From Planctomycetota bacterium (lineage in GTDB: Bacteria > Planctomycetota > Planctomycetia > Pirellulales > Lacipirellulaceae), in the NCBI GenBank assembly GCA_039190745.1, contig JBCCXZ010000013.1:1-64000 (forward strand): a DNA stretch of 64,000 bases, written 5' to 3'. Made by a program: the position numbers and the translations under genes. Shown here piece by piece: positions 20,023-30,170 of this stretch (position 1 is its first letter; the number at the start of each line of letters is the position of its first letter). Below the pieces are notes generated by a model. That model saw only the letters and a program-made list of their open reading frames with translations, did not search any database and was not told the DNA's origin.

Positions 20023-20200
20023 TTTTGTGCCTTTGCGCTCTGCATAAGTAGGTTTGTTTTGACCGATCCGTTGATCGGTTTGGGCTGTGATTGCTGGGTG
20101 ATTCCGATGCATAGGCGGTCAATTCGGGAGCTCGTTTTGCGGGTGAGTTTCCTGTCCGATGGGACGGAAGAGCCTCTCGCAGAGGCGCAAAGACGCAGAG
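20023..20200. repeat. Degenerate 8-nt periodic inverted repeat arms
   Basis: 'cgcagaggcgcaaagacgcagag' (20178-20200) is near-complementary to 'ttttgtgcctttgcgctctgc' (20023-20043). Confidence 0.45.
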
Positions 20201-20430
20201 GGCTGAGCAGCCTTGCGTGGGCTGCTCGCCGCTGGTGGGACGGGGGTTAGATTGTCAAAGAGCGGGGGTAAGTATATGTACTTAGGTATATACCTGGATG
20301 GCCATTTGCAAGGGAAATCGTGTGAAACATGACCGATCATCAGGATGTGCCAGATTGCTGGGCAGGGCACTCCGCCGGGAGTAGACTGCAGGCTGGTTGA
20401 CCGCCTCACCCGAAACCTACGACGGACGCC

Positions 20431-22755
20431 ATGCTTCACTATCGCCCGCTTGCCGTTGCTTCTCTCTGCTACCTTTTCGCGGTCGGCGCTAACCACTCTC
20501 ACGCCACGATCACCGAGGTGGGTGACGTTTCTGTCGGCGCCGATGTTCGGGTCGGTATCCAGTCGGTTGGAACGCTCGCGGTCGAAGCGCCTTCGGCGTT
20601 GGTGAGCGATAGGCTCACTGTGGGTGTCGGCCCGCTTTCGTACGGTGCGGTCCGGCTTAACGGGACCACCTGGGACAATACGGGCAATACAATCATCGGC
20701 GATCAAGGGCGGGGCGTCTTCCGCATCGAAGGCGGCGGGATTTACACCAACGGCCAAGACTTTGTGGTGGGGAGTAGAGCCTCGGGCGACGTTTCCGTGA
20801 GCGGGTTTGGGACCGCTCTGGCAAGCCAAGGAGCGCTGCGGATCGGGGAGTCTGGCTCTGGGCGGTTCACCGTCAGCGACGGGGGGTACGTATCGAGTGG
20901 TTGGACGACGATTGGTAGTCAACAGGAACTGCTGTCCTCGACGATCGCGACCGTGACCGGCTCGGGTAGTTTCTGGGACACCGGTCAGAGCTTGTGGCTC
21001 GGGGAAACGGGGCTCGCAAGCCTACGCATACAGGATGGCGGCGTCGTGCAGTCTGGAGACGTAGACGTTGCCCGGAGTGCTCTCGGGGCCGGCGAAGTTG
21101 AGATCGATGGGCCGGGTTCGCTGTGGGAGGTCGGTTCGCTTGACATGGGCATCGAGGGCCGGGGGGACGTGGTTGTACGAAACGGCGGTTCGCTGCTTTC
21201 GAGTGCCATCAGCCTTGGGTTTTGGTCGTACCCTAGTGGTTCTGTGATTGTGGACGGAGAGAACTCCTACTTGCGGACTGATCAGGGCTTGAGTCTTGGT
21301 AACGGCGATTTCATTGTCCGCAACGGGGGGACGGCCGTGACGAGTGTCGGCCTTAACGGATTAGGGCGGGTTGTCATTGACGGAGCGACTAGCCGATTGA
21401 CGTCATCTGGCCTGTTCGTAGATACGCAGTACGGACAGTTGACCGTGTCGAACGGGGGGACACTGGAGGTCACCTCAGAGGTATTGAACACACCGGAGGG
21501 CACGGAGGTGCTGCTTTCCCAAGGCAACGTCTTGCTGGCACCATTAGGCCGTCAGGGCCGGAATTGGAACAACAGCGGCACGATCCGCGGATCGGGGCGA
21601 GTTCTGGGTACGCTTTGGAATCAAGGGCAGGTAATCGTGGGGGCCGGGGAGGAACTGAATGTCGAACAAGGCCTCAAAAATGGGGGGTCTCCTAATGCCT
21701 CTAACCCCGGGATTGTTTCGGTTGTTGGCGGTCGCCTAGAAACCGGCGGTCGGTGGAACAATCTCGAGAACGGGCTGTTCACTATCAGAGACGGCACGCT
21801 CGTTGTCCGAGGGTTTGCCAGCAGTAGCTTCTTCGCCAGTCAGGGTAACGAAACCGGCGCGATTCTAGTGATTGAAAACTCCGACCTTCAATTTTCACAG
21901 ACCGAATTCAACGGCTTTTTTAACTTTGGGGAGGTTCGGTTCACGGGGGGCGTAAGCCGATTCTCGTCGGGTTTGTTCAACAACTCTGGCGTTGTCTCGC
22001 TAGAAAGCCAGAGCCAGGTGACGTTCGAAGGCCCCGTCCTCAGCAACGAAATTATTTCTGTTGCCGACGGATCGAGCGCCGCATTTCTCGGTGACTACGA
22101 GGGCAGTGAGTTCGCGGGGGACGGCGAGCTGAGCTTTCATGGAAGGCTGCACCCTGGGCAATCCCATGGGCCGTTCTCGTTGGGGGGTGCTGCGGAATTC
22201 ACATCAACGAGTCAACCCCATGTGCAGGTAAGTCCGAACGAGAATAGTGTGGCTACGGAGTATCTGGTGGAGGGACCGGCTGAGCTCGGAGGTGAATTGA
22301 CAGTCGGCGCTTCGCAGCCTGTGGGCTTGCCTGGCGAAACTATAGAGGCTGTTGTCTTGAACGCCGAGACGATTAACGGTGAGTTCGACATTACGCCCTC
22401 TGTCGGCTCGCACCTCGGCTCAGGGGTCATGTTCAACGGCCTTACTTACGACACAGAGAATGGCGTTGTCGTGATGTCGCTGACGCAGGCGATGGAGGCT
22501 GATTTCAATCTCGACAACGTCGTTGACGACGCCGACATGGCAATCTGGGGAGCTAACTTCGGCGACAGGTTTGCCAGTTTCGTCGAGGGCGACGCCGACT
22601 TCGATCGGGATGTAGACCTCGCGGACCTGATGATCCTGCAGCGGGTGATGGGGGCGTCTTCTGCCGCTGTTGCGGCCGTTCCGGAGCCGGGGGCGGGCCT
22701 TATGGTCGTTGCGGCCCCCTTGCATTGCGTCGGACGGCGTCGGCGGCGGGCGTGA
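20431..22755 (+). CDS. Secreted PEP-CTERM protein with Gly-rich beta-strand (T5SS/PEP-CTERM-associated-type) repeats and a dockerin-like EF-hand pair
   Basis: Signal peptide, repeats of 'G.G.L.I..GG.V.S...IG...G.V.V.G.GS.W', 'ADFNLDNVVDDAD...GDADFDRDVDLADL', C-terminal 'VPEP'-hydrophobic-'RRRRR'. Confidence 0.85.
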   Translation: MLHYRPLAVASLCYLFAVGANHSHATITEVGDVSVGADVRVGIQSVGTLAVEAPSALVSDRLTVGVGPLSYGAVRLNGTTWDNTGNTIIGDQGRGVFRIEGGGIYTNGQDFVVGSRASGDVSVSGFGTALASQGALRIGESGSGRFTVSDGGYVSSGWTTIGSQQELLSSTIATVTGSGSFWDTGQSLWLGETGLASLRIQDGGVVQSGDVDVARSALGAGEVEIDGPGSLWEVGSLDMGIEGRGDVVVRNGGSLLSSAISLGFWSYPSGSVIVDGENSYLRTDQGLSLGNGDFIVRNGGTAVTSVGLNGLGRVVIDGATSRLTSSGLFVDTQYGQLTVSNGGTLEVTSEVLNTPEGTEVLLSQGNVLLAPLGRQGRNWNNSGTIRGSGRVLGTLWNQGQVIVGAGEELNVEQGLKNGGSPNASNPGIVSVVGGRLETGGRWNNLENGLFTIRDGTLVVRGFASSSFFASQGNETGAILVIENSDLQFSQTEFNGFFNFGEVRFTGGVSRFSSGLFNNSGVVSLESQSQVTFEGPVLSNEIISVADGSSAAFLGDYEGSEFAGDGELSFHGRLHPGQSHGPFSLGGAAEFTSTSQPHVQVSPNENSVATEYLVEGPAELGGELTVGASQPVGLPGETIEAVVLNAETINGEFDITPSVGSHLGSGVMFNGLTYDTENGVVVMSLTQAMEADFNLDNVVDDADMAIWGANFGDRFASFVEGDADFDRDVDLADLMILQRVMGASSAAVAAVPEPGAGLMVVAAPLHCVGRRRRRA

Positions 22756-22799
22756 GCTAGGCTTGTGCGGGAGCACTGCACACGCCAAGGGTTACGCAC

Positions 22800-23126
22800 A
22801 TGCCAGTTCGGCGAATCTCGGGAGCGGTGGTCGGCGTATTGCTCGGGGCGCTGATGGCGGCCCTGACGTGCCTGCCGCTGTGGCTGTTCTGCTACTTCGT
22901 GATGCTGCTGACGCTGGCGCGGTTGAGCCTCGCGGAGTGGATGGTTGAGAACCTGCTGATCGGGTCGGTTTGGCCGTATGTGATCGTGACGGTCGCATGG
23001 ACCGCGGGCCTGGGCCTGGCGGGCTTCCTGTACGGCCCAACGATCTTCACGCGGCGTGAGCTGACGTGGCTGAACCCCCGGCGGCGCGGGCTGGAGCCGC
23101 TCGATCGCGATATGCTCGCCGGCTAG
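22800..23126 (+). CDS. Small membrane protein
   Basis: 108 aa with 2-3 hydrophobic helices. Fills the gap and has a 4-bp convergent overlap with the next gene. Confidence 0.55.
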   Translation: MPVRRISGAVVGVLLGALMAALTCLPLWLFCYFVMLLTLARLSLAEWMVENLLIGSVWPYVIVTVAWTAGLGLAGFLYGPTIFTRRELTWLNPRRRGLEPLDRDMLAG

Positions 23127-24382
23127 TTGCCGATGGCGACGAGGTACTCCTGCCGCTGGCCGCCTTCGCGCTTGGCGTAGCGGTGGTAGAGGCGGCCGTC
23201 GCAGGGGGTGAAGGTAGCGAACCCTTCGTCGCCGAGTTGGTTTTCGGCGATGGGCTGGTAGCCGTCGGGCGTGGCGGCGTAGACGAAGGTTGTGCCCGAC
23301 TCGTTGGTGACGTAGAGCTTGCCGTCGACCAGAACGGGCGAGGCGCTGAAGGCGCCGCCGAGGCGTTCTTTCCACATCTCTTGGCCGTCGGCCGAACGCC
23401 AGCAGTAGGCGACGCCGCGGTCGGAGACGCCGTAGAGGTAGTCGCCCGCCACGAGCAGCGACTGCTCGTAGCACTTGACGTTGTTCTGCCAGACGATGGC
23501 GTGGTCGCCGCCGGTGCGGACGGCGAGGGTGAAGGAGTCGGGGTAGCCGCCGCTGGCGAAGGCGAGGCCTTGGGCTTCGTCCCAGACCATGGTGCCGCAG
23601 GTGGCGAAGGTGGAACCGGCGACGCCCCAGAGCTCGCGGCCGCTGGCCGGGTCGTAGGCGGCGATGCGGCGGTTGCCGCTCATGATGAGTTGGGTTTGGC
23701 CGCCGACCGGGACGCGGGCGACGGAGGAGTAGGAGAGGCTCTGGGTGCGGGGGCTGAGCCAGGCTTGGCTGCCGTCGGCGGGGTTGAGGGCGACAACGGC
23801 GGACTCTGGGCCGTCGTACTCGCTGGTCACGACGACCAGCCCGCCGGCCAGGACGGGGGACGAGCCGAAGCCGAACTCGTAGCGGCGGGGGTCGAAGCCG
23901 GTGGCGCGTTTCTGCCAGACGGCGTTGCCTTCGAGGTCGAAGGCGGTGACCCACGCGGCGAGATCGTTGCCGAAGAGGGCGTAGACCTGCCGGCCGTCGC
24001 AGGCGACGGTGGGGCTGGCGTGGGTGTTGTTGGGGTGGACCTTGGGGAGTAGTTTGCCGACGTGGGCGGTGGTTTGCTTGAGCAGGCGGCCGGTGGCGCG
24101 GTCGATGACCAGCAACGATTGCGTTTCGGCGTCTTCGTCGCAGGTGGTGAGGTAGATGCGGTCGCCGAAGAGCGTGGGCGAGGAGTGGCCTCGGCCGGGG
24201 ATGGGGGTCTTCCAGGCCAGGCCGGAGGTTTCGCTCCACTGGGTGGGGGCTGCGGCGCCGGGGGCGGCGTGGTTGTTGCCGTTGGGGCCGCGCCACTGGG
24301 GCCAGTCTTGCGCCCGGGCGGTTGAGAAGGCCATCGGGGCGAATAGCAGCAGTGCTGTTTGCAGGAGGCGTGGGCGGTGCAT
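23123..24382 (-). CDS. PQQ-like beta-propeller repeat protein (BamB-like)
   Basis: Signal peptide, 'DWPQWRGPNGN', 'WKTPIPGRGHSSP', 'FSASPV'. Confidence 0.88.
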   Translation of the reverse strand: MHRPRLLQTALLLFAPMAFSTARAQDWPQWRGPNGNNHAAPGAAAPTQWSETSGLAWKTPIPGRGHSSPTLFGDRIYLTTCDEDAETQSLLVIDRATGRLLKQTTAHVGKLLPKVHPNNTHASPTVACDGRQVYALFGNDLAAWVTAFDLEGNAVWQKRATGFDPRRYEFGFGSSPVLAGGLVVVTSEYDGPESAVVALNPADGSQAWLSPRTQSLSYSSVARVPVGGQTQLIMSGNRRIAAYDPASGRELWGVAGSTFATCGTMVWDEAQGLAFASGGYPDSFTLAVRTGGDHAIVWQNNVKCYEQSLLVAGDYLYGVSDRGVAYCWRSADGQEMWKERLGGAFSASPVLVDGKLYVTNESGTTFVYAATPDGYQPIAENQLGDEGFATFTPCDGRLYHRYAKREGGQRQEYLVAIGN

Positions 24383-24583
24383 GGGTCGTTCTCCGTAATC
24401 GTTCCTAAAGGATGGGTTCCAACCGCGGGTCCCTACCCTTGTGGTGTTCTACCTTCGGGCGGTTTGGGACGCTACCGTCGGCGTTCGTAATCGGGGGCCG
24501 TAATCGCGGTTGGCTGCGGCAGGACGCAAGGGCTACGATGGGCTGAGCAGCAACCTCTTCCCGCCGGGACCATCGACGGAACG

Positions 24584-25456
24584 ATGCCCAAACGCAAGAA
24601 AACCAAGCCGAAAACGGTGCCGCCGAGCTGGCGTGAGCGCTGGTACGAGGTGATCTTCGAGGCCGACACGCTGGCCGGCAAGCGGTTCGACGTGCTGCTG
24701 CTGATCGCGATCTTCTTGAGCGTGCTAGTGGTGATGCTCGAGAGCGTGCACTCGGTGCAGGAAGGTAACCGTCAGTTGCTGGTGAATGCGGAGTGGTTCT
24801 TCACGATTTTGTTTACGGTGGAGTACCTCGCCCGTCTGGCGTGCGCGAGGAGGCCGCTGCGGTATGCTTTCAGCTTCTACGGCGTGGTGGACTTGTTGGC
24901 CATCCTGCCGACGTACCTGACGGCGCTGCCGGTGTTAGCCGGTGACGCGGACACGCAGCGGTTGGCGGTGATCCGGGCGATCCGTTTGCTGCGGGCGTTC
25001 CGGGTTTTCAAGCTAGCGCAGATGCTCTCGGAAGCGACCGCGTTACGGCACGCTATCTGGTCGGCTCGGGCGAAGGTGGCGGTGTTCCTGTCGGTGGTGA
25101 TCATCGCGGTGGTGATCGTCGGTTCGGCGATGCACCTGATCGAAGGGCGTGTGGACGAAGGGGACGTCCCGATCCGAAACGGCTTTGAGTCGATCCCGTC
25201 GAGCATGTACTGGGCCGTGGTGACGATGACGACCGTCGGCTATGGCGATGTCTCACCGACGACGGCGATCGGCAAGGGGTTGGCGGCGTGCATGATGATG
25301 CTGGGCTACTGCATGATCATTGTGCCGACGAGCATCGTCTCGGCGGAGCTCGCCTACAAGGGGAAGAACTCCAGCAGCCGCACGTGCTCGAGCTGCATGG
25401 CGGAGGGGCACGACGCGGACGCCGTCTTCTGCAAGCGGTGCGGCGATCGGCTCTGA
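24584..25456 (+). CDS. Voltage-gated potassium channel (6TM) with C-terminal zinc ribbon
   Basis: S4 'RAIRLLRAFRVFK', selectivity filter 'TTVGYGD', C-terminal 'CSSC...CKRCG'. Confidence 0.92.
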   Translation: MPKRKKTKPKTVPPSWRERWYEVIFEADTLAGKRFDVLLLIAIFLSVLVVMLESVHSVQEGNRQLLVNAEWFFTILFTVEYLARLACARRPLRYAFSFYGVVDLLAILPTYLTALPVLAGDADTQRLAVIRAIRLLRAFRVFKLAQMLSEATALRHAIWSARAKVAVFLSVVIIAVVIVGSAMHLIEGRVDEGDVPIRNGFESIPSSMYWAVVTMTTVGYGDVSPTTAIGKGLAACMMMLGYCMIIVPTSIVSAELAYKGKNSSSRTCSSCMAEGHDADAVFCKRCGDRL

Positions 25457-25465
25457 GGCTGGCCG

Positions 25466-26788
25466 CTACTCGGCCCGGAGCTCGACGCAGACGACCTGCT
25501 CGTCGTTGCGAGCGAACACGGCTCCCTGGGCGAAGGCGGGGTGACTCCAGACAACGGGGCGGCCAAACGAGTCGCTGGTCGGCTCGAGGATGGTTTGACG
25601 GCCGACTTCTTCGTAGGCTTCGGGCGTGAGGCGGGCGAGGATGAGCTCGCCGGTTTCGTTGAAGAGCCAGTAGCGGTCGGTCTCGCCCTGGCGGACGGCG
25701 AAGACCGTGCCGTGCCGGCCACGGCCGCCTTCGCCGAGGGTGGGGGCTTTGGTTTCCCAGAGCCGCTTGCCGGTGGCGGGGTCGACGGCGACGAGGATGC
25801 TGTCGTTGGCGTCGACGCCGTAGATGGCTCGGCCGTCGTAGATGGGCGTGGCGTTGGCGCTGGAGACGGAGGTTTTCGGCGTGCCGGCCCAGAGCACGTC
25901 TGGTTCGCCGCCCGCGATGCGGAACGACACCGAAGCGCCGTAGCCGGTTGCGAATAGGGCGTCTCCTACGACGATCGGCTGGGCGATCGACATGCCGTAG
26001 TTGGGCCGGATGGGCACGCTCCACTGATGGTCGCCGGTGGCGGGCGTGAGTCCGACGACCGCTTCGGGGTGGAAGACGACGAGTTCGCCGTCGACGAGCG
26101 TCGGCGGGCAGTAGCCGGGTTCGTAGGCGGAGAGCTTCCGCCAGCGTTCTTCGCCGGAGAGTTTGTCGAAGGCCACGGCCACGCTGCCCTCGCCGCCGAC
26201 GATGCAGTAGAGGAGGTCGCCGACGACGAGCGGGTGCGCGGAGTGGCCCCACAGCGGGGTTTCGGCTCCGTAGTCGTTGGGGAAGGACTTCGACCATAGG
26301 AGCTTGCCGTCGTCGGTGCGCAGGCAGCGGAGGTCGCCCTCGGCTCCGAGAATGTAGACGCGGTCGCCGTCGACGGTGGGTGTGCAGCGGGGGCCGCCGG
26401 GGTAGGAGACGTTGTAGGGCCGGTCGTACTCGTGCCGCCAGAGTTCTTCGCCGGTGGCGGCGTCGAGGCAGCGGAGGCGTTCGACGCCGTCGAGTTCGTC
26501 GCGGCTGCCGGGGTTGTTGGTGATCTCGCCGGCGCGCTTCTCGTACTCGAACAGGTAAACGCGTCCGTCGGCGACGGCTGGCCCGGCGTAGCCCAAGTCG
26601 GCGGGCATTTGCCAGCGCGTCTTGAGGCCGCCCTCGGGCATCGACTCGACGAGGTCGGATTCCCGCCAGACGCCGTCACGCTCCGGACCGCGCCACTGGG
26701 GCCAGTCGGCGGCGTTTGCGGTAGCGGCGATGACGAGCGCAGCGAGCAGCGGGGCCGCCCATGTTTGGGCTTGGCGGAGAGCGTTCAT
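25466..26788 (-). CDS. PQQ-like beta-propeller repeat protein
   Basis: Signal peptide, 'DWPQWRGPERDG', 'GPRCTPTVDGDRVY', 'WSHPAFA'. Confidence 0.88.
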   Translation of the reverse strand: MNALRQAQTWAAPLLAALVIAATANAADWPQWRGPERDGVWRESDLVESMPEGGLKTRWQMPADLGYAGPAVADGRVYLFEYEKRAGEITNNPGSRDELDGVERLRCLDAATGEELWRHEYDRPYNVSYPGGPRCTPTVDGDRVYILGAEGDLRCLRTDDGKLLWSKSFPNDYGAETPLWGHSAHPLVVGDLLYCIVGGEGSVAVAFDKLSGEERWRKLSAYEPGYCPPTLVDGELVVFHPEAVVGLTPATGDHQWSVPIRPNYGMSIAQPIVVGDALFATGYGASVSFRIAGGEPDVLWAGTPKTSVSSANATPIYDGRAIYGVDANDSILVAVDPATGKRLWETKAPTLGEGGRGRHGTVFAVRQGETDRYWLFNETGELILARLTPEAYEEVGRQTILEPTSDSFGRPVVWSHPAFAQGAVFARNDEQVVCVELRAE

Positions 26789-26838
26789 GGCGGGTGCCCC
26801 CTCGCTGATGCTCGGGGCTCCAATGGCTGCTGGGCGGG

Positions 26839-27339
26839 CTAAATGACTATGGGCTTGCTAAGCGTGCGGCGGACCGGGACGAACTGGCCGGCGTGCATCA
26901 TCGGGTGCGTGGCGTTGAGGACAAACATCGAGCCTACCGTCGGGAACATCTGGCGGAAGTTCTCGTCCGGGTGGGGGTTGGGGGCGTCGAGTTCCTCCTC
27001 GGAAACGCCGTTTAAGACATCGTTCGTGGCGGCGCGTACCTTATCGAACAACTCGGCGTACTCGGCCTTGGTGTGGAACTTTGCCGGGTCGTCCTCGGTG
27101 GTCTGCTCTTTGGAGTAACACTCGGCGAAACCTTCGGGCAGATCGGGGGCGGCGCCCGGTTTGATCGTGTTCAGCAGCATGCACTCGGAGGCGATGAGGT
27201 GCCCCAGCTGCCACGCCAGGTGGTTGCAGCCTTCGCCGGGGCGGGTGAACAGCTCGGCGTCTTCGAGGTCGCCGATGTAGCTCTTGAGCACCATCGAGCT
27301 GGTTTCACTGCACGCCTGGATCGCCTGCATCGCGTTCAT
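26839..27339 (-). CDS. DinB/YfiT superfamily protein
   Basis: 'NHLAWQLGHL' and 'HPMMHAGQ' His triad pattern. Confidence 0.85.
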   Translation of the reverse strand: MNAMQAIQACSETSSMVLKSYIGDLEDAELFTRPGEGCNHLAWQLGHLIASECMLLNTIKPGAAPDLPEGFAECYSKEQTTEDDPAKFHTKAEYAELFDKVRAATNDVLNGVSEEELDAPNPHPDENFRQMFPTVGSMFVLNATHPMMHAGQFVPVRRTLSKPIVI

Positions 27340-27389
27340 CGTTGGCCTCAGGAAGGATCGAGAATCTGGTTGATGGGACTAAGCCCGAC

Positions 27390-30170
27390 TCAGAACGGCG
27401 GCTCCTCGTCGACGGGCGCCGGCGTCTCGGACTTTTTCGCGGTCTTCTTGGTCGCGGACTTTTTCTTGGTGCTCTTCTTCGTGGTCGACTTTTTCTTGGC
27501 GGTCGACTTCTTTTTTGCGGATTTCTTCTTGGCCGCTTTCTTTTTCTTTGGAGGTGAAGCTGCGGCCTTCTCGGCGAGCATCGAGAGCGCCTCGTCGTAG
27601 GTCATCTCCTCGACGGTCATCCCCTTGCGTAGCGAGACGTTCGTCTCGCCATCGGTGATGTACGGGCCGTAGCGGCCGTCGAGGATCTTGACCGGCTGCT
27701 CCGTGACGGGAGACGGTTTCTCGTACAACTTAAGCGGTTCTTTGGGCGCCGCGCGGCGGCCGCGGGTCTTGGGCTGGGCCAATAGGTCGACGGCCTGCTC
27801 GATGGTCACCTCCAGCGGCGAGACCTCCGCGGGGAGCGAACGCGTCTCGTCGCCGCACTTTACGTACGGGCCGTAGCGGCCGTTGTGGGCAACGATCGGC
27901 TCGTTCTCTTTGGGGTGGTCGCCGAGGGTGCGCGGTAGGGAGAGCAGCTTGAGCGCCGTCTCGAAGTCGACCGTCTCGGGCGTCATGCCCTTGAGCAGAG
28001 AGGCGTTCTGCGGCTTCTCTTCGTCGTCTTTCTCTCCACGCTGGATGTACGGCCCGAAGCGGCCGACCTTGAGGTAGACCGGTTTCTGTGTGTCGGGGCA
28101 AACGCCCAAGGGTTCCTCGGCCTGCTGGGCCTGCTCGAGCAGCTTCAACGCCGCCGGGAGGGTCACCTCGTCCGGCGGGGTCTCGTCGGGCAGCGACGCG
28201 GTGCGGTCGCCCTGCTCGACGTAGGGCGAATAGCGGCCGACGCGGACGAACACGTCGTCGCCGCCATCGGGCTTGCCGATGAGGATGCGGCCGATCCGCG
28301 CGGGGTCGATCTCGTCGACCTTGTTCTCAAGCTGCTTCTTCAATCCCGGCGTGCCGTTGCCGTAGTAGAACTTTTCGAGGTAGGCGACGCTCTCCTGCTC
28401 GCCGCGGCTGATCGCGTCGAGGTCGTCTTCCATGTTGGCGGTGAACTGGTAGTCGACCAGGCGGGTGAGGTGCTCTTCCAGCAGGGTGACCACGCTGAAG
28501 GCGACCCAGGTCGGGACCAGCGCGCTGCCCTTCTTGAAGACGTAGTTGCGGGCGAGGATGGTGTCGATGATCGAAGCGTAGGTACTCGGCCGGCCGATGC
28601 CGCGTTCTTCGAGTGCCTTGGTGAGCGCGGCCTCGCTGTACCGGCCGGGGGGCTGGGTGTGGTGCTCTTTGGCTTCGAGCTCGGTGCAGTTGAGCAGCTC
28701 GCCCACTTCGACTGAGGGGAGGGCCTTCTCCTGGTCGGCGAGTTCGGCGGTCGGGTCGTCGGAGCCCTCGACGTAGGCCCGCAGGTAGCCGGGGAAGTCG
28801 ATGGTCTTGCCGGTCACCTGGAAGACGCAGCCCTCGCCCTCGATGGTGATGGTCATGCGGCGGCCGCGGCTGTCGGCCATCTGGCTGGCGACGGTGCGCT
28901 TCCAGATGAGGTCGAACAACCGGAACTCGTCTTGGTTGAGCTTGGCCTTCATCACGTCGGGCAGTTCGAACGGGTGGCCCGCCGGGCGGATCGCCTCGTG
29001 GGCCTCCTGGGCGTTCTTCACCTTCGACTGGTAGCTGCGGGGCTCGGCCGGCAGGAAGTCGCCGCCGTAGTGCTCGTCGACCAGCTTGCGGGCGTCTTCG
29101 ACCGCCACCGACGCGAGGTTGGTCGAGTCGGTACGCATGTAAGTGATGTAGCCGTTCTCGTAGAGGCTTTGGGCGACCTGCATCGTGCGGCGGGCGGTGA
29201 AGCCGAGCTTGCGGTTGGCCTCCTGCTGCATCGTGCTGGTGGTGAACGGCGCGTACGGCTTAGTGGTGTAGGGCTTCTCTTCGGCAGAGGCGACGCGGAA
29301 CTCGCCGGAGCGGATACGCTCGACGAGCGCGTTGGCGGCGGGGCCGTCGAGCAGCGCGAGGTCGTCGGTCTTGGTCTTGCCGGTGTCGGGGTCGAAGTCC
29401 TTGCCCGCGGGGATGCGTTTTCCGTCGATCGAGACGAGGCCCGCCTCGAGGGCCCCGGCTTCGGCTCCGGCGGGTTTGGCGCCGCTTACCTTGGAAAAAC
29501 GGCCGAGCAGGTCCCACCACTCGCCGGAGACGAACGCCATCCGCTCGCGTTCGCGTTGGACAATCAGGCGGACCGCGACGCTCTGCACGCGGCCTGCCGA
29601 CAGTTTCGGGCGGACCTTGCGCCACAAGAGGGGCGAGACCTCGTAGCCGTAGAGTCGGTCGACAATACGGCGGGTTTCCTGAGCCCGGACGAGGCCTTCG
29701 TCTACCTCGCGGGGCTCGCGGAGCGACTCTTGGATGGCGTCTTTGGTGATCTCGTGGAACACCAGCCGGTGGACCGGCACCTTGGGCTTGAGCAGTTCCA
29801 ACAGGTGCCAGCTGATCGCTTCCCCTTCGCGGTCTTCGTCCGTTGCGAGGTAGAGGGCCGCGGCGTCCTTGAGCTTGTCTTTCAGCAGCTTGATGTGTTT
29901 GGTCTTGCCGGGCGGGACGACGTAGATCGGCTCGAAGCCGTCGGTGACGTTGACGCCGAGGTTGGACCACGGCTCGGACTTGTACTTGGCGGGAATCTGC
30001 TTGGCGCCCTGGGGCAGGTCGCGGACGTGGCCGATGCTGGCCTCGACGTGGAACCCGCTGCCGAGGTATTTGCCGATGGTCTTTGCCTTGGCTGGGGATT
30101 CGACGATCACCAGCGCTGGGCCGCTGCCCCCCGCGGCCGCTTTCTTGCTTGCTGCCTTCTTTTTCGCCAT
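27390..30170 (-). CDS. topA: Type IA DNA topoisomerase I with C-terminal repeats and a Lys-rich tail
   Basis: 'LVIVESPAKAKTI', TOPRIM 'LATDEDREGE', 'SAGRVQS', catalytic 'GYITYMRTDS', repeated 'GRYGPY/GRFGPY' C-terminal domains. Confidence 0.97.
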   Translation of the reverse strand: MAKKKAASKKAAAGGSGPALVIVESPAKAKTIGKYLGSGFHVEASIGHVRDLPQGAKQIPAKYKSEPWSNLGVNVTDGFEPIYVVPPGKTKHIKLLKDKLKDAAALYLATDEDREGEAISWHLLELLKPKVPVHRLVFHEITKDAIQESLREPREVDEGLVRAQETRRIVDRLYGYEVSPLLWRKVRPKLSAGRVQSVAVRLIVQRERERMAFVSGEWWDLLGRFSKVSGAKPAGAEAGALEAGLVSIDGKRIPAGKDFDPDTGKTKTDDLALLDGPAANALVERIRSGEFRVASAEEKPYTTKPYAPFTTSTMQQEANRKLGFTARRTMQVAQSLYENGYITYMRTDSTNLASVAVEDARKLVDEHYGGDFLPAEPRSYQSKVKNAQEAHEAIRPAGHPFELPDVMKAKLNQDEFRLFDLIWKRTVASQMADSRGRRMTITIEGEGCVFQVTGKTIDFPGYLRAYVEGSDDPTAELADQEKALPSVEVGELLNCTELEAKEHHTQPPGRYSEAALTKALEERGIGRPSTYASIIDTILARNYVFKKGSALVPTWVAFSVVTLLEEHLTRLVDYQFTANMEDDLDAISRGEQESVAYLEKFYYGNGTPGLKKQLENKVDEIDPARIGRILIGKPDGGDDVFVRVGRYSPYVEQGDRTASLPDETPPDEVTLPAALKLLEQAQQAEEPLGVCPDTQKPVYLKVGRFGPYIQRGEKDDEEKPQNASLLKGMTPETVDFETALKLLSLPRTLGDHPKENEPIVAHNGRYGPYVKCGDETRSLPAEVSPLEVTIEQAVDLLAQPKTRGRRAAPKEPLKLYEKPSPVTEQPVKILDGRYGPYITDGETNVSLRKGMTVEEMTYDEALSMLAEKAAASPPKKKKAAKKKSAKKKSTAKKKSTTKKSTKKKSATKKTAKKSETPAPVDEEPPF

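Noticed and set aside
22446..24296. 616-aa Arg/Pro-rich ORF
   Set aside because: Alternative frame of the PQQ-propeller gene with composition typical of a GC-rich off-frame.
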